A DNA stretch of 64,000 nucleotides. It comes from Gammaproteobacteria bacterium. GTDB taxonomy: Bacteria; Pseudomonadota; Gammaproteobacteria; Pseudomonadales; Pseudohongiellaceae. Positions within the stretch are counted from its first letter, which is position 1. Each line of letters begins with the position of its first letter. The notes under the pieces were generated by a model that did no database searches, was not told the origin of the DNA, and saw only the letters and a list, made by a program, of their open reading frames with translations. The DNA is taken from the NCBI GenBank assembly GCA_016764875.1, contig JAESQX010000041.1:85-64084 (forward strand), read 5' to 3'. Positions 17,161 through 27,925 of this stretch are shown here, one piece after another. Position numbers and translations under genes: made by a program.

Positions 17161-17655
17161 TTACGCCTGAATTGATCGGTCCTGTTCCAGCACTTTTTCC
17201 ACATTCGCCTCTCGTTCCTGCCGTAGACGAAGCGCCAGATCAGAGTCTTGTAACGATAGAATCTGAGCCGCCAGATAAGCCGCATTTTTTGCCCCCGTTC
17301 GGCCAATAGCCACCGTGGCAACGGGAATTCCTGCCGGCATTTGCACTGTGGATAATAATGAATCCATCCCTTGCAGCGAACCCGACTCTATAGGCACGCC
17401 GATAACTGGTTTCAAGGTGTGGGCGGCCGTGGCACCAGCTAGATGCGCCGCAAGCCCGGCTCCGCAGATAAATACCTGGCAACCTCGCCGATCTGCATCT
17501 TTAATATATTCCTGGGTGATTACCGGGGTTCTGTGAGCCGAAGTGATTTTGATTTCATAAGGAATCTGCAGCTTTTTAAGAATATCTGCGCCCGTCTGCA
17601 TGGTTTCCAAATCTGATTTCGAGCCCATTAGAATAGCCACGAAAGGTTCTGACAT
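17161..17655 (-). CDS. purE: 5-(carboxyamino)imidazole ribonucleotide mutase
   Basis: 164 aa with MGSKSD and SAHRTP motifs. Confidence 0.93.
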   Translation of the reverse strand: MSEPFVAILMGSKSDLETMQTGADILKKLQIPYEIKITSAHRTPVITQEYIKDADRRGCQVFICGAGLAAHLAGATAAHTLKPVIGVPIESGSLQGMDSLLSTVQMPAGIPVATVAIGRTGAKNAAYLAAQILSLQDSDLALRLRQEREANVEKVLEQDRSIQA

Positions 17656-17707
17656 GGGGTGCTTCCCTCACATGTTTAGTGAATTAGAGAAAACAGCGGA
17701 AGCTACC

Positions 17708-18871
17708 CTAGTCGGGCTCTTCTTGCAAGGGGGTTGTAAGCTGCATGATACGACCCGCCTTTCTGCTAACAAAGCCTTTCACTTCAAGACCCATCAGCAT
17801 TGTGTTGACTGTCTGGACATCATACTTTGATTGCATTACCAGCGTGTCCATATGACAACCGTCAAATCCAACCGCTTTCAACAGTGTTATCTCGTCCTCA
17901 CCCAAGCCGCTGCGGTTAACAGGAGCGAATAGCTGATGTAAGTCCCCACTATTACCCTTGATATGCGCCAGCTGAAACGAAAGAAGCGGGTCTAATTCCT
18001 CCAGTATAGAATCAATAGAATCTACCAGCTTGGCCCCGTCCCGAATGAGGCGATGACAACCCGCAGTTAACGGGTTATTAATAGCGCCCGGTACAGCAAA
18101 TACTTCCCGACACTGTTCCATTGCCTGTCTGGCGGTTATTAAGGAACCGCTTTTCAGTGCCGCTTCAACAACAATTACCCCAAGGCTCATACCGCTGATA
18201 ATTCGATTTCTTCGCGGAAAATGGGCCGCAGCAGGCGGACTGCCCAGGTTAAATTCTGATATCAACGCTCCCTTACACTGAATCTGTTTTGCCAAAGTAG
18301 AATTCGCCTGTGGATAAATCCGGTCAGCACCGGTTCCCATAACTGCAACCGTAGTTGCATCGACAGACAGGGCGCCGCGATGTGCCTGGGAATCGATCCC
18401 CGCCGCCAGGCCACTGCTGATGCCAAACCCCCGCGATGCCAATTCCTTCGCCAGCCAGAAAGCAATCTGTTTCCCCGTGGTGCTTGCATGTCTGCTACCC
18501 ACAATTGCCAATTGAGGCTTAAGCAAAGCCGCCGCGTTACCAACCAGAAATAACACCGGTGGCGGGCAATTTATTTCTCGCAGCAAAGATGGATATAGAA
18601 CTTCTTCATAACAAACCAGTTGATGCGAGTCAGAGCATGCAAGCCAATCGAGGATTTGTTCAGTTTTTCGGGGAAGGTTGGTAACGGCGGGGATTTTCCT
18701 GACAGCCTCTATTTGCTCACAATCCAGCCCCATAGCAGACAACTCAGCGGTGCTGGCTTCAGCTATGGCTCTGATAGAGCCGAACTGCTTGATCAAGCGA
18801 GAGAATTGATTGCCCGGCAGGCTGTCGAGGTGGAATAGAGCGAGATATTGGGAAGTTAAGGTGGTTGCCAT
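17708..18871 (-). CDS. dprA: DNA-processing protein DprA/Smf
   Basis: 387 aa with a Rossmann-like DprA core (SGLAAGIDSQAHRGAL, FPRRNRIISG) and a C-terminal winged-helix-like tail. Confidence 0.9.
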   Translation of the reverse strand: MATTLTSQYLALFHLDSLPGNQFSRLIKQFGSIRAIAEASTAELSAMGLDCEQIEAVRKIPAVTNLPRKTEQILDWLACSDSHQLVCYEEVLYPSLLREINCPPPVLFLVGNAAALLKPQLAIVGSRHASTTGKQIAFWLAKELASRGFGISSGLAAGIDSQAHRGALSVDATTVAVMGTGADRIYPQANSTLAKQIQCKGALISEFNLGSPPAAAHFPRRNRIISGMSLGVIVVEAALKSGSLITARQAMEQCREVFAVPGAINNPLTAGCHRLIRDGAKLVDSIDSILEELDPLLSFQLAHIKGNSGDLHQLFAPVNRSGLGEDEITLLKAVGFDGCHMDTLVMQSKYDVQTVNTMLMGLEVKGFVSRKAGRIMQLTTPLQEEPD

Positions 18872-18960
18872 TTTGATCGTCCTTGATCATGATGGATGAA
18901 ACACAATGAATTAAATACGCCCTGCCACAGCTTCCGCTATTGACGTTTTTCAACCGCCTG

Positions 18961-20061
18961 TTATGGATTTACAGCCAAATCACCGATTCGCATTGGCTCT
19001 GTACTGGTAAGAATCACACCATAACTCATATTGTCAAAAACTTTATAAATTAACAGGCTGCCAATACTTCTACTGGGCATCTCCATCATCTTCTCTGTTC
19101 CAAGGCCTAAAACTCGCTGAAAGAAACCCTTATTTTCGCCAGTTGTGGTGTCCACAATTTGCGGGCCAGGTTGATGTATGTCCAGTATATTCCCCATCAC
19201 CAGATTTTCACGCGCGCCCACATTAATCAGTACTGTATCCAGTTGAGACGCTACTCTTTCCGTATTGGTCATGGCGATTATTTGTCCGTCTATGTCGCTG
19301 GAGGGCTCTGAGGGATAAATAGTCGAGTCGAGCCGCAGATCTTCCCGAATAAGTAAACGATCACCTACCAGTATTTCTCTTTTACTGCTGTTTATCACCA
19401 GCTTCTTCAAATCGTCTGCTTCAATACTCACAACTCTGGCGTAGCCAACCGTTTCCAGCTCGATTCCCAGTGACCCATCGCCGCCGGAGCCCGGAAAGCT
19501 ATTGATCTGGCGGTAGATTTCAAATAACTCCCCATTGGAGGGCCATGAACCTCTGGCATACACCTCATCTCCTGTACCAATAATGAGATTGCTACTTATG
19601 GGTGAAACTATATAAGGGGCCGAATCGAACATTTCCCCGGGTACAATACGGTTGGTGGTAAAGCTGCTTTGTATCGAATTCAGCGGAATAGCCGGAATAG
19701 AGCCTAATAGCGCGATTTCTCTCATCTGAGGGCTTAGACGCTCAACAATCACACCTCCTCTTTTAGAAATCAGTTTTGGCCTTCCCTCAATAAATTCGAC
19801 TTCTATAATATCGCCGGGATTTATAGACGCATCACTTCCCTGAATCGGAGAGGGCATCCAGAGATCCGACCAATTGCCCGGATCTACCAAAAATTGACTG
19901 GCAACAGTTCTTATCGTGTCGTCTTCTTTCACGATATAGCTAGATGGATAATCTTGTAATAAAAGTGAGCTCGATTGCCCAAATGCGATTGTGAGCGGAA
20001 ACAGTAGAGCACCAAGTAAAATACTGGAAAAAGTGACTGATTTTGCTGTAAGGGTCTTCAT
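18961..20061 (-). CDS. LysM domain periplasmic protein (TsaP-like position between dprA and def)
   Basis: 366 aa with a signal peptide and an N-terminal LysM motif (YIVKEDDTIRTVASQFL). Its position matches the LysM gene found between dprA and def in Pseudomonas-like genomes. Confidence 0.75.
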   Translation of the reverse strand: MKTLTAKSVTFSSILLGALLFPLTIAFGQSSSLLLQDYPSSYIVKEDDTIRTVASQFLVDPGNWSDLWMPSPIQGSDASINPGDIIEVEFIEGRPKLISKRGGVIVERLSPQMREIALLGSIPAIPLNSIQSSFTTNRIVPGEMFDSAPYIVSPISSNLIIGTGDEVYARGSWPSNGELFEIYRQINSFPGSGGDGSLGIELETVGYARVVSIEADDLKKLVINSSKREILVGDRLLIREDLRLDSTIYPSEPSSDIDGQIIAMTNTERVASQLDTVLINVGARENLVMGNILDIHQPGPQIVDTTTGENKGFFQRVLGLGTEKMMEMPSRSIGSLLIYKVFDNMSYGVILTSTEPMRIGDLAVNP

Positions 20062-20184
20062 TGATAATTTTCCACAGGCTACAGGATTGATAATCTTAGC
20101 AATAAGGTATAATCAGAACCGGTTACAGTTCACAGAACCAGCTTATTCGACAATTAGGCATAAATGCCAGGTTAACCGCTAATT

Positions 20185-20691
20185 ATGGCCGTTTTACAAA
20201 TTCTGGAGTTTCCAGATCCCCGCTTACGCAAAATCGCCAGCGGAGTTACCTCCTTCGATTCCAACCTCAACCATCTGATAGATGATATGTTCGAAACGAT
20301 GTACGAGGCCCAGGGAATTGGCCTGGCTGCAACTCAGGTAAACGTTCATAAAAGACTGCTGATATTAGATGTATCGGAAAATAAGGATAGTCCTCGAGTA
20401 TTTATTAATCCAACATTCGACATTCTGGACCATGAATTGTCAGAATATGATGAGGGTTGCCTTTCTGTGCCCGGCTTCTATGAGACTGTCTGTCGGCCCA
20501 GAGTAATAATGGTTGCAGCCCAGGACCGCGATGGAGCTCAATTTGAATTCGAAGCCGGAGGTTTGCTTGCTACCTGTCTGCAGCATGAAATTGACCATCT
20601 TGAGGGCAAATTATTTGTAGATTACATCAGCACCCTGAAACGTAATCGAATACGCAGCAAACTGGAAAAAGAACAAAAGAATTCTGCTTGA
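20185..20691 (+). CDS. def: peptide deformylase
   Basis: 168 aa with motifs [16 protein letters not shown] and QHEIDHL. Confidence 0.95.
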   Translation: MAVLQILEFPDPRLRKIASGVTSFDSNLNHLIDDMFETMYEAQGIGLAATQVNVHKRLLILDVSENKDSPRVFINPTFDILDHELSEYDEGCLSVPGFYETVCRPRVIMVAAQDRDGAQFEFEAGGLLATCLQHEIDHLEGKLFVDYISTLKRNRIRSKLEKEQKNSA

Positions 20692-20696
20692 AAAAA

Positions 20697-21659
20697 ATGC
20701 ACCCCCTCAAAATCATTTTTGCCGGTACCCCTTCCTTCGCGGCAGAACATCTTCACGCTATTCTCGATAGTTCGCACCGGGTGGTTGCTGTTTACACACA
20801 GCCTGACCGCCCATCGGGTCGTGGCAAAAAGCGGCTGCCCAGCCCGGTAAAAGTCGTTGCCACCAAGCAGGGTATCCCCGTGAAACAACCTCTGAGTCTG
20901 AAAGGTGAGTCTGCGCAACTAGAGATGACAGAGCTGGATGCTGACCTGCTGGTTGTTGTTGCTTATGGCTTGATACTCCCCGAATCAATTCTGCAGGTTC
21001 CGAGATATGGGTGCATCAATGTCCATGCGTCTTTATTGCCTCGCTGGCGAGGTGCTGCGCCAATTGAGCGCGCAATCATTGCCGGCGACAAAGAGACAGG
21101 TATCACTATTATGCAAATGGATGAGGGCCTGGATACCGGCGACATGTTGCTTAAACGGCCGGTGGTTATAGAAAAAACCGATACCCGTGTTAGCCTGCAA
21201 AACAAGCTTGTAACGAAAGGAACTGAAGCACTGCGAACAGTTCTGGATGATTTTTTTGAATTTCAAAGCAAGGCGAAATCCCAGGATAACGCCTTAAGCA
21301 CCTATGCGAGCAAAGTCGCTAAAGATGAAGCTCTTATTTCCTGGGACAGCGAAGCAATGCATATTTGCCGACAGATCAGGGCTGGTATTGGCCGCAATCC
21401 TGCGTACAGTTTTATAGATAAGTCTCGTGTTAGATTGCTTGAAGGTGTTGTAAGCAGTACAGAATTAAATGGTTTACCTGGCACCATAGCAGGTCTGGGT
21501 AACAATGGTATGACCATTATTTGTGGCAGAGGATCGATTACAATAACAAAAATCCAGATGCCCGGTAAAAACCCCGTCAGAGTTCAGGATATGCTGAATT
21601 CCAGTCAATCCCTTTTTACCACAGGCAAACGCTTGACCAAATCAGAATCAGCTGACTGA
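20697..21659 (+). CDS. fmt: methionyl-tRNA formyltransferase
   Basis: N-terminus MHPLKIIFAGTPSFA, plus the HASLLPRWRGAAPI motif. The tracked ORF begins at TTG 20688 overlapping the def stop; I prefer the ATG at 20697. Confidence 0.92.
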   Translation: MHPLKIIFAGTPSFAAEHLHAILDSSHRVVAVYTQPDRPSGRGKKRLPSPVKVVATKQGIPVKQPLSLKGESAQLEMTELDADLLVVVAYGLILPESILQVPRYGCINVHASLLPRWRGAAPIERAIIAGDKETGITIMQMDEGLDTGDMLLKRPVVIEKTDTRVSLQNKLVTKGTEALRTVLDDFFEFQSKAKSQDNALSTYASKVAKDEALISWDSEAMHICRQIRAGIGRNPAYSFIDKSRVRLLEGVVSSTELNGLPGTIAGLGNNGMTIICGRGSITITKIQMPGKNPVRVQDMLNSSQSLFTTGKRLTKSESAD

Positions 21660-22984
21660 TGGATAAAGTCAACTCGCGAGCTATTGCTGCCACTACCTTG
21701 AGCAAGGTTTTATCCCATCAGGGCTCTCTGGGCACTCAACTCGGTAAAAATAATACCGTCAAAGATTTCCCCTTGATACAGGAAATCTGCTTTGGCGTGT
21801 GCCGGCATTATCACCGCATTCAAGCCATTATTTCTCACTTGCTTGATAAGCCGTTGCGTGCCAAAGACCTGGATATACAGTGCCTGTTAATGGTTGGGAT
21901 TTATCAACTCTTCTATATGCGGGTTCCTGATCACGCCACCATTAACGAAACAGTTAATGCAACAGGATTTCTCAAAAAGACCTGGGCCAAGGGTCTGGTC
22001 AATGCCGTACTCAGACAATGTATTAAACAGCGCTCCGCGCTGGAAAAAATGCTGCAATCAAGTGACGAGGAAACCCGATTTTCCCACCCCGCCTGGTTAA
22101 TCGCACAATTAAAGCATGACTGGCCTGATCACTGGCTTCAGATTCTGCACAATAACGATCTTCGGGCGCCCATGACCCTGCGGGTTAACCTGGCAAAAAA
22201 TAGCCGTGATGAATACCTGGAGAAACTAAAAGCCAAAAACATTGAAGGCTCGTCAGGCAACCTCAGCGATTCTGCAATTTACCTCGCTACTCCCTGCCAG
22301 GTTACCGATCTTCCGGAATTTTCCCAGGGCAGCGCCAGTGTGCAGGATGAAGCCTCCCAGTTAGTCCCCTCTTTAATGAATTTGCTTCCCGGCTTAATGG
22401 TACTCGATGCCTGTGCCGCGCCTGGCGGGAAAACCGCTCATATGCTAGAAAGTGAGCAGTCACTTACAAAATTAGTCGCGCTGGATAACAGCGCCAGTCG
22501 TCTTAACAAGCTACAGGAAAATCTTTTGCGACTGGGTTTACAAGCTGACGTTACCGTAGCGGATGCCTCCCAACCCGACGCATGGTGGGACGGCGAACCA
22601 TTTGATCGAATTCTTCTCGATGCTCCCTGTTCAGCCACTGGAGTAATTCGACGACACCCCGACATCAAGCTGCTACGCAGAGAAAGTGATATTGGTGAGT
22701 ACAGCGATCGTCAATTGTCATTACTTTGCGCCCTGTGGAATTGCCTCAAACCCGGAGGGGTTCTGCTTTATACTACTTGCTCAGTTCTTCGACTGGAAAA
22801 TGATGACACTGTGCAACGGTTTCTGCATCAACACCAGAGCGCTAAATTTCACGCCATTACGGCCGATTGGGGAGTAGAATGTCTCTACGGAAGGCAACTG
22901 CTTCCAGACAGTGAAAACAGCGATGGGTTTTATTTCTCACTGCTTGAAAAGAGTCAGGGAACCTCTTATCCGCTCCCCATATAA
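21659..22984 (+). CDS. rsmB: 16S rRNA (cytosine967-C5)-methyltransferase
   Basis: 441 aa with an N-terminal NusB-like domain, SAM motif DACAAPGGKT and catalytic TCS. The start overlaps the fmt stop as TGATG. Confidence 0.92.
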   Translation: MDKVNSRAIAATTLSKVLSHQGSLGTQLGKNNTVKDFPLIQEICFGVCRHYHRIQAIISHLLDKPLRAKDLDIQCLLMVGIYQLFYMRVPDHATINETVNATGFLKKTWAKGLVNAVLRQCIKQRSALEKMLQSSDEETRFSHPAWLIAQLKHDWPDHWLQILHNNDLRAPMTLRVNLAKNSRDEYLEKLKAKNIEGSSGNLSDSAIYLATPCQVTDLPEFSQGSASVQDEASQLVPSLMNLLPGLMVLDACAAPGGKTAHMLESEQSLTKLVALDNSASRLNKLQENLLRLGLQADVTVADASQPDAWWDGEPFDRILLDAPCSATGVIRRHPDIKLLRRESDIGEYSDRQLSLLCALWNCLKPGGVLLYTTCSVLRLENDDTVQRFLHQHQSAKFHAITADWGVECLYGRQLLPDSENSDGFYFSLLEKSQGTSYPLPI

Positions 22985-23002
22985 CACCTGCTGAGATAGT
23001 TA

Positions 23003-24376
23003 ATGAAAATCATTATTCTCGGTGCCAACCCGGTTGGCTCGACGCTGGCCGAAACCCTGGCCAACGAGGCAAACGATATTACCGTAATTGATACGGATGC
23101 GAACCTTCTACGGGAGTTAAAGGATCGAATAGATATCAGCACTGTTACTGGAATGGCATCCCATCCTGATGTGCTCGAACGTGCCGGTGGTGAAGACGCT
23201 GACATGATAATCGCCGTCACCGAGAGCGATGAGATTAATATGGTGGCCTGCCGCGTAGCCTACTCTCTTTTCCACACTCCAAAAAAAATATGCCGCCTTC
23301 GCTCTACATCCTACCTCGCTACCGATGAGCTTTTCGGCAAACTTGGTATAGCAGTTGACGTGGTCATAAGTCCGGAACTTATCGTATCAAACTATATCAG
23401 CCGACTACTCGATCTGCCTGGTTCCCTTCAGGTTCTTGACTTTGCCAAAGGAAAAGCTCAATTGGTCGCGGTAAAGGCTCACTATGGTGGGCCATTGGTA
23501 GGACAGGAAATTCGCTTGTTGCGGCAACATATGCCATCGATAGATACCCGGGTAGCGGCAATTTTTCGTCGCGACAGACCCATCATTCCAGAAGGGTCCA
23601 CCGTCATTGAAGCTGATGATGAAGTATTTTTTATTGCCGCAAGGAATGACATTCGCGCTGTCCTGGGCGAATTGAGACGCATGGATAAACCCTACCGCCG
23701 AATAATGATTGCCGGAGGCGGACATATAGGATTGCGCCTGGCTGAAGATATTGAGAATCGTTACCAGGTAAAAATTATTGAGCGTAACCAGGAGCGATGC
23801 GTTTTTCTTTCCGAAACCCTGAACAAAGCTATTATTCTAAATGGAGAAAGTTCTCATCGGGAATTACTGATTGAAGAAAATATAGAAGATACTGATGTGT
23901 TCCTTGCGTTAACCAATGACGATGAGGCAAATATCATGTCTTCCATGTTGGCGAAACGACTTGGCGCGAGAAAAGTCATGGCCCTGATTAATAACCCGGC
24001 TTACGTTGACCTGGTTCAGGGTGGCGATATCGACATAGCACTTTCCCCCCAGCAGGCCACTATTGGCAGCCTGTTGACACATGTTCGTCGAGGTGACGTA
24101 GTAAATGTCCACTCTTTGCGCCGCGGGGCTGCCGAAGCAATGGAAGCAATTGCCCACGGTGATTCGCAGTCATCAAAGGTTGTAGGCAAATCCATCAGGA
24201 ACATTGAGTTACCGGAAGGCACGACCATTGGTGCCATTATAAGAAACGAGGAAGTGTTGATTGCACATGACAACACCGTGGTCGAGACTGATGACCATGT
24301 CATCTTGTTCTTGGTAGACCGCAAGAAAATCCCAGAGGTGGAACGGTTGTTCCAGGTTGGTTTCAGCTTCTTTTAG
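23003..24376 (+). CDS. trkA: Trk potassium uptake system protein TrkA
   Basis: 457 aa with tandem RCK/NAD-binding halves, collinear with E. coli TrkA. Confidence 0.93.
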   Translation: MKIIILGANPVGSTLAETLANEANDITVIDTDANLLRELKDRIDISTVTGMASHPDVLERAGGEDADMIIAVTESDEINMVACRVAYSLFHTPKKICRLRSTSYLATDELFGKLGIAVDVVISPELIVSNYISRLLDLPGSLQVLDFAKGKAQLVAVKAHYGGPLVGQEIRLLRQHMPSIDTRVAAIFRRDRPIIPEGSTVIEADDEVFFIAARNDIRAVLGELRRMDKPYRRIMIAGGGHIGLRLAEDIENRYQVKIIERNQERCVFLSETLNKAIILNGESSHRELLIEENIEDTDVFLALTNDDEANIMSSMLAKRLGARKVMALINNPAYVDLVQGGDIDIALSPQQATIGSLLTHVRRGDVVNVHSLRRGAAEAMEAIAHGDSQSSKVVGKSIRNIELPEGTTIGAIIRNEEVLIAHDNTVVETDDHVILFLVDRKKIPEVERLFQVGFSFF

Positions 24377-24396
24377 GTAACTATTCTTAATAAATC

Positions 24397-25848
24397 ATGC
24401 ACTTTTCAATAATCATAAAGATTCTTGGTATTTTGCTAATGCTGTTTAGCGGCCTTAGCAACCTGCTGCCCATTATTGTTTCCTTTATATACAAAGATAA
24501 TACCGCGTCTGCCTTTGCTTATTCGTTTTTAGCTACATTTACCATTGGGTTCGTTCTCTGGCTCGCAACTTCCAGATCAAAACAGGAACTTCACACCAGG
24601 GATGGCTTTCTGATAGTAACCTTATTCTGGGCTGTCCTTGGAACCATTGGCTGCCTCCCTTTTCTTCTGGCAGCAACTCCTGAGCTATCGATAACGGATG
24701 CGGTATTTGAGGCCCTGTCTGGTTTAACCACCACCGGCGCCACCGTAATATCGGGCATTGATACATTACCAAAATCGATACTGTTCTATCGACAACAGTT
24801 GCAATGGCTTGGTGGTATGGGAATCGTCGCTCTGGCCGTAGCCGTTTTACCAATGCTGGGTATTGGTGGAATGCAACTATACCGTGCCGAAAGTCCAGGG
24901 CCGGTGAAAGATCATAAACTGGTTCCCCGTCTTGCTGAAACGGCCAAAGCTCTCTGGTACATATATTTGGCGTTAACAGCCGCCTGTGCACTGGCTTACT
25001 GGGCGGTGGGCATGACCTTTTTTGACGCCATAAGCCATAGTTTCACCACTATCGCCATTGGCGGTTTCTCAACCCATGATGCCAGCCTTGGTTACTTTGA
25101 TAATCCGGCGGTGGATCTGGTTGCCATAGTCTTTATGTTCATTGCCGGTATTAATTTTGCGCTACATTTTACCGCCTGGGGGCGTCGAAGCCTGAAGCAT
25201 TATCTTGCTGATCCGGAGTTTCGATTTTATGCTTTTATTCTATTGTTCGTTTCTGTGGTGACAGTACTCACTTTAGTCCTGTCTGAAAGATATGGCCTAT
25301 TTGATTCTTTAACAAAAGGTGTTTTCCAGGTAGTTTCTATTGCCACAACTACAGGATTCACCACGGCCGACTATACTTCCTGGCCAACATTTTTGACCTA
25401 TATGCTTTTTTACGCCGCCATAATCGGCGCCTGTGCCGGGTCAACCGGTGGCGGTATGAAGGTAATAAGAATACTGCTCATTTTTAAGCAGGGCATCAGG
25501 GAAGTGCAGCGTCTTATTCACCCCAGAGCGCAAATACCAATCAAACTGGGCAAGAATCCGGTGCCCGACAAGGTAATTGATGCTGTATGGGGATTTTTTG
25601 CTGTTTACGTTATGGCTTTCATGGCGATGCTACTGGCGTTATTGGCAACCGGAGTGGACATAATCACGGCATTCAGCGCCGTAGGTGCGTGTATTAATAA
25701 CCTCGGCCCCGGCCTGGAAAATGTCGCCCAGAATTATGGCCATTTGCCCAATACCGCAAAGTGGATTCTATGCTTCGCCATGTTGCTCGGCAGATTGGAA
25801 GTCTTTACTTTGTTGGTCCTGTTTACACCCATGTTCTGGCGAAAATAG
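24397..25848 (+). CDS. trkH: Trk potassium uptake system membrane protein TrkH
   Basis: 483-aa polytopic protein of the TrkH/KtrB family, immediately downstream of trkA. Confidence 0.92.
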   Translation: MHFSIIIKILGILLMLFSGLSNLLPIIVSFIYKDNTASAFAYSFLATFTIGFVLWLATSRSKQELHTRDGFLIVTLFWAVLGTIGCLPFLLAATPELSITDAVFEALSGLTTTGATVISGIDTLPKSILFYRQQLQWLGGMGIVALAVAVLPMLGIGGMQLYRAESPGPVKDHKLVPRLAETAKALWYIYLALTAACALAYWAVGMTFFDAISHSFTTIAIGGFSTHDASLGYFDNPAVDLVAIVFMFIAGINFALHFTAWGRRSLKHYLADPEFRFYAFILLFVSVVTVLTLVLSERYGLFDSLTKGVFQVVSIATTTGFTTADYTSWPTFLTYMLFYAAIIGACAGSTGGGMKVIRILLIFKQGIREVQRLIHPRAQIPIKLGKNPVPDKVIDAVWGFFAVYVMAFMAMLLALLATGVDIITAFSAVGACINNLGPGLENVAQNYGHLPNTAKWILCFAMLLGRLEVFTLLVLFTPMFWRK

Positions 25849-25875
25849 CGCGACTAAAGAACATTAATCGCAGGC

Positions 25876-26805
25876 CTACTTTAAATAAAACCGGCTTCCA
25901 TCAGGCCGCCGTTTAAAACGTTTATACTCCCACTGGTATTGCTCTTTCGCCTGGTTCACGCATTCTTCCACGGAACGATTCAGCCCTTCCAGCGATTTCT
26001 TTGGATCACTGTGGTAAATCAACGGATCTGCACGTTTTATGATTATTTTGAAACCCTGGCCTTTGGGAAGTCGCTCAGCATATCCGCAAATTACCCTGGC
26101 ACCGGTTCTGTTTACCAGCCTGGTCACCAGTGTCATAGTGAGCGCCGGAACACCGAAGAACGGCGCAAAATCGCCACTTTCAACAGCGGGTTCCTGGTCT
26201 GGCAATATGCCCACCAATTCACCCTTTTTCAACGCCTTTAACAGTACTCCCACACCCTGACTGCTGGCAGGCGCAAGGCGGGCATGGCCACGACTTCGTG
26301 CAGATTTAATCATCATGTCAAAGTGTTTGTTCTTCGGGGCTTGATACATGAAAGTGCTGGGGATCTGCTCGGAAAAATAGTAACCAAACAATTCCCAGTT
26401 CCCCAGATGGGGCCCCAACAAAACAACTCCCTTACCTGTTGACCTGGCCTCTTCAAGCACCTCTTCACCCTCAACTTGCACGATCATGCCCATGGTTTTT
26501 TCCACCGGCCAGAGCCAGCACTTGCCCATTTCCAGGGAGGTCATGGCGGTGTGTTGCAAGCTGAGCCTGGTCAGGTTGCCAAGCTGTTCTGCTGTTAAAT
26601 CCGGGAAACATTCTGACAGGTTTTTCACCGTGGTTTGCTTCATCCGGGTTGGCCTCCAGTTCATCAGCTTACCAAGGGCACCCGCTACAGCCTGCACCAT
26701 GCCAAGGGGGAGCCAGGCACATATTCTGAGAATTAGTTTTGCCAGAGTGAATTTGAGAAGATTTATAGTAAAGCTCCTGAATAGTGAGAGCTTATTAAAG
26801 CTCAT
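25876..26805 (-). CDS. lpxL: lipid A biosynthesis lauroyl acyltransferase
   Basis: LpxL/HtrB family with the HLGNWE catalytic motif. I prefer the internal ATG at 26805 (MSFNKLSL...), giving 309 aa. The tracked ORF extends to 26946. Confidence 0.85.
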   Translation of the reverse strand: MSFNKLSLFRSFTINLLKFTLAKLILRICAWLPLGMVQAVAGALGKLMNWRPTRMKQTTVKNLSECFPDLTAEQLGNLTRLSLQHTAMTSLEMGKCWLWPVEKTMGMIVQVEGEEVLEEARSTGKGVVLLGPHLGNWELFGYYFSEQIPSTFMYQAPKNKHFDMMIKSARSRGHARLAPASSQGVGVLLKALKKGELVGILPDQEPAVESGDFAPFFGVPALTMTLVTRLVNRTGARVICGYAERLPKGQGFKIIIKRADPLIYHSDPKKSLEGLNRSVEECVNQAKEQYQWEYKRFKRRPDGSRFYLK

Positions 26806-26977
26806 TTGTAATATTAAAGATGGACAAAATGGAATCACAAATCCATAAACTAAACAACTTTCGCACGGAGCCCTGTGGATGGCCGACCTGCTATGGATAA
26901 GTTCAATGGAATCTAGGATAATTGCAGCCCTTTTTAGTAACCCCATATAATAACTCCACAGGTACGGGAGCCCCGGA

Positions 26978-27907
26978 ATGGGCAGTCAGCCAGATGTCAA
27001 AACCTTCCAGGGATTAATCCTGGCACTACAACAGTACTGGGCCGAGTGTGGCTGCATTATATTGCAGCCGCTGGATATGGAAGTGGGTGCCGGTACATTT
27101 CACCCGGCCACCTTCTTGCGCTCGATTGGCCCTGAAACCTGGAATGCCGCCTATGTTCAACCCTGCCGCAGACCAGCTGACGGGCGCTATGGCGAGAATC
27201 CTAATCGGCTACAACACTACTACCAGTTTCAGGTCATCCTGAAACCATCCCCTGATAATATCCAGGATCTTTATCTTGCCTCCCTCGAAAACCTCGGCAT
27301 TGATACCTCTGTCCACGACATAAGGTTTGTCGAAGATAACTGGGAGTCGCCCTCTCTGGGCGCATGGGGTCTGGGCTGGGAGGTTTGGCTCAACGGCATG
27401 GAAGTTACACAATTTACTTATTTTCAGCAGGTTGGTGGCCTGGATTGTTTCCCGGTAAGTGGTGAGATTACCTATGGTATCGAGAGAATTGCGATGTACT
27501 TGCAAGGTGTAGACAGTATCTATGACATTGTCTGGACTAATAGCCCTGAGGGGGCGGTTACCTACGGCGATGTTTTCAAGCAAAACGAAGTGGAAATGTC
27601 CGCCTATAATTTCGAGCACGCCGATACCGGAATGCTTTTCCAATATTTTGACGATAGTGAAAGCCAATGTAACAAGCTAATTGAGGAAGGCCTCGCACTT
27701 CCTGCTTATGAACAAGTTCTTAAAGCGTCTCACTATTTTAATTTACTGGATTCACGGCATGCTATTTCCGTTACCGAAAGACAACGCTTTATACTTCGGG
27801 TAAGGGCTTTATCAAGAATGGTAGCCGAAGCCTATTTTGCCAGCCGAAAAAGCCTGGGGTTTCCATTAGCGCCCGAAGCCCTGAGAAAAGAATTCCTGGA
27901 TAACTAA
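26978..27907 (+). CDS. glyQ: glycine--tRNA ligase alpha subunit
   Basis: 309 aa, highly conserved GlyQ sequence ([38 protein letters not shown]). Confidence 0.96.
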   Translation: MGSQPDVKTFQGLILALQQYWAECGCIILQPLDMEVGAGTFHPATFLRSIGPETWNAAYVQPCRRPADGRYGENPNRLQHYYQFQVILKPSPDNIQDLYLASLENLGIDTSVHDIRFVEDNWESPSLGAWGLGWEVWLNGMEVTQFTYFQQVGGLDCFPVSGEITYGIERIAMYLQGVDSIYDIVWTNSPEGAVTYGDVFKQNEVEMSAYNFEHADTGMLFQYFDDSESQCNKLIEEGLALPAYEQVLKASHYFNLLDSRHAISVTERQRFILRVRALSRMVAEAYFASRKSLGFPLAPEALRKEFLDN

Positions 27908-27925
27908 GTTACTACTGATAATTTA

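Noticed and set aside
26806-26946. N-terminal extensions of tracked ORFs: lpxL to 26946, znuC to 6552, znuA from 6554, polA from 7468, yaaA to 61137 and the secreted protein from 63001.
   Set aside because: Internal starts give lengths and N-termini that match the families (signal peptides, conserved first motifs, SD sequences). The extensions run through promoter elements or upstream genes.
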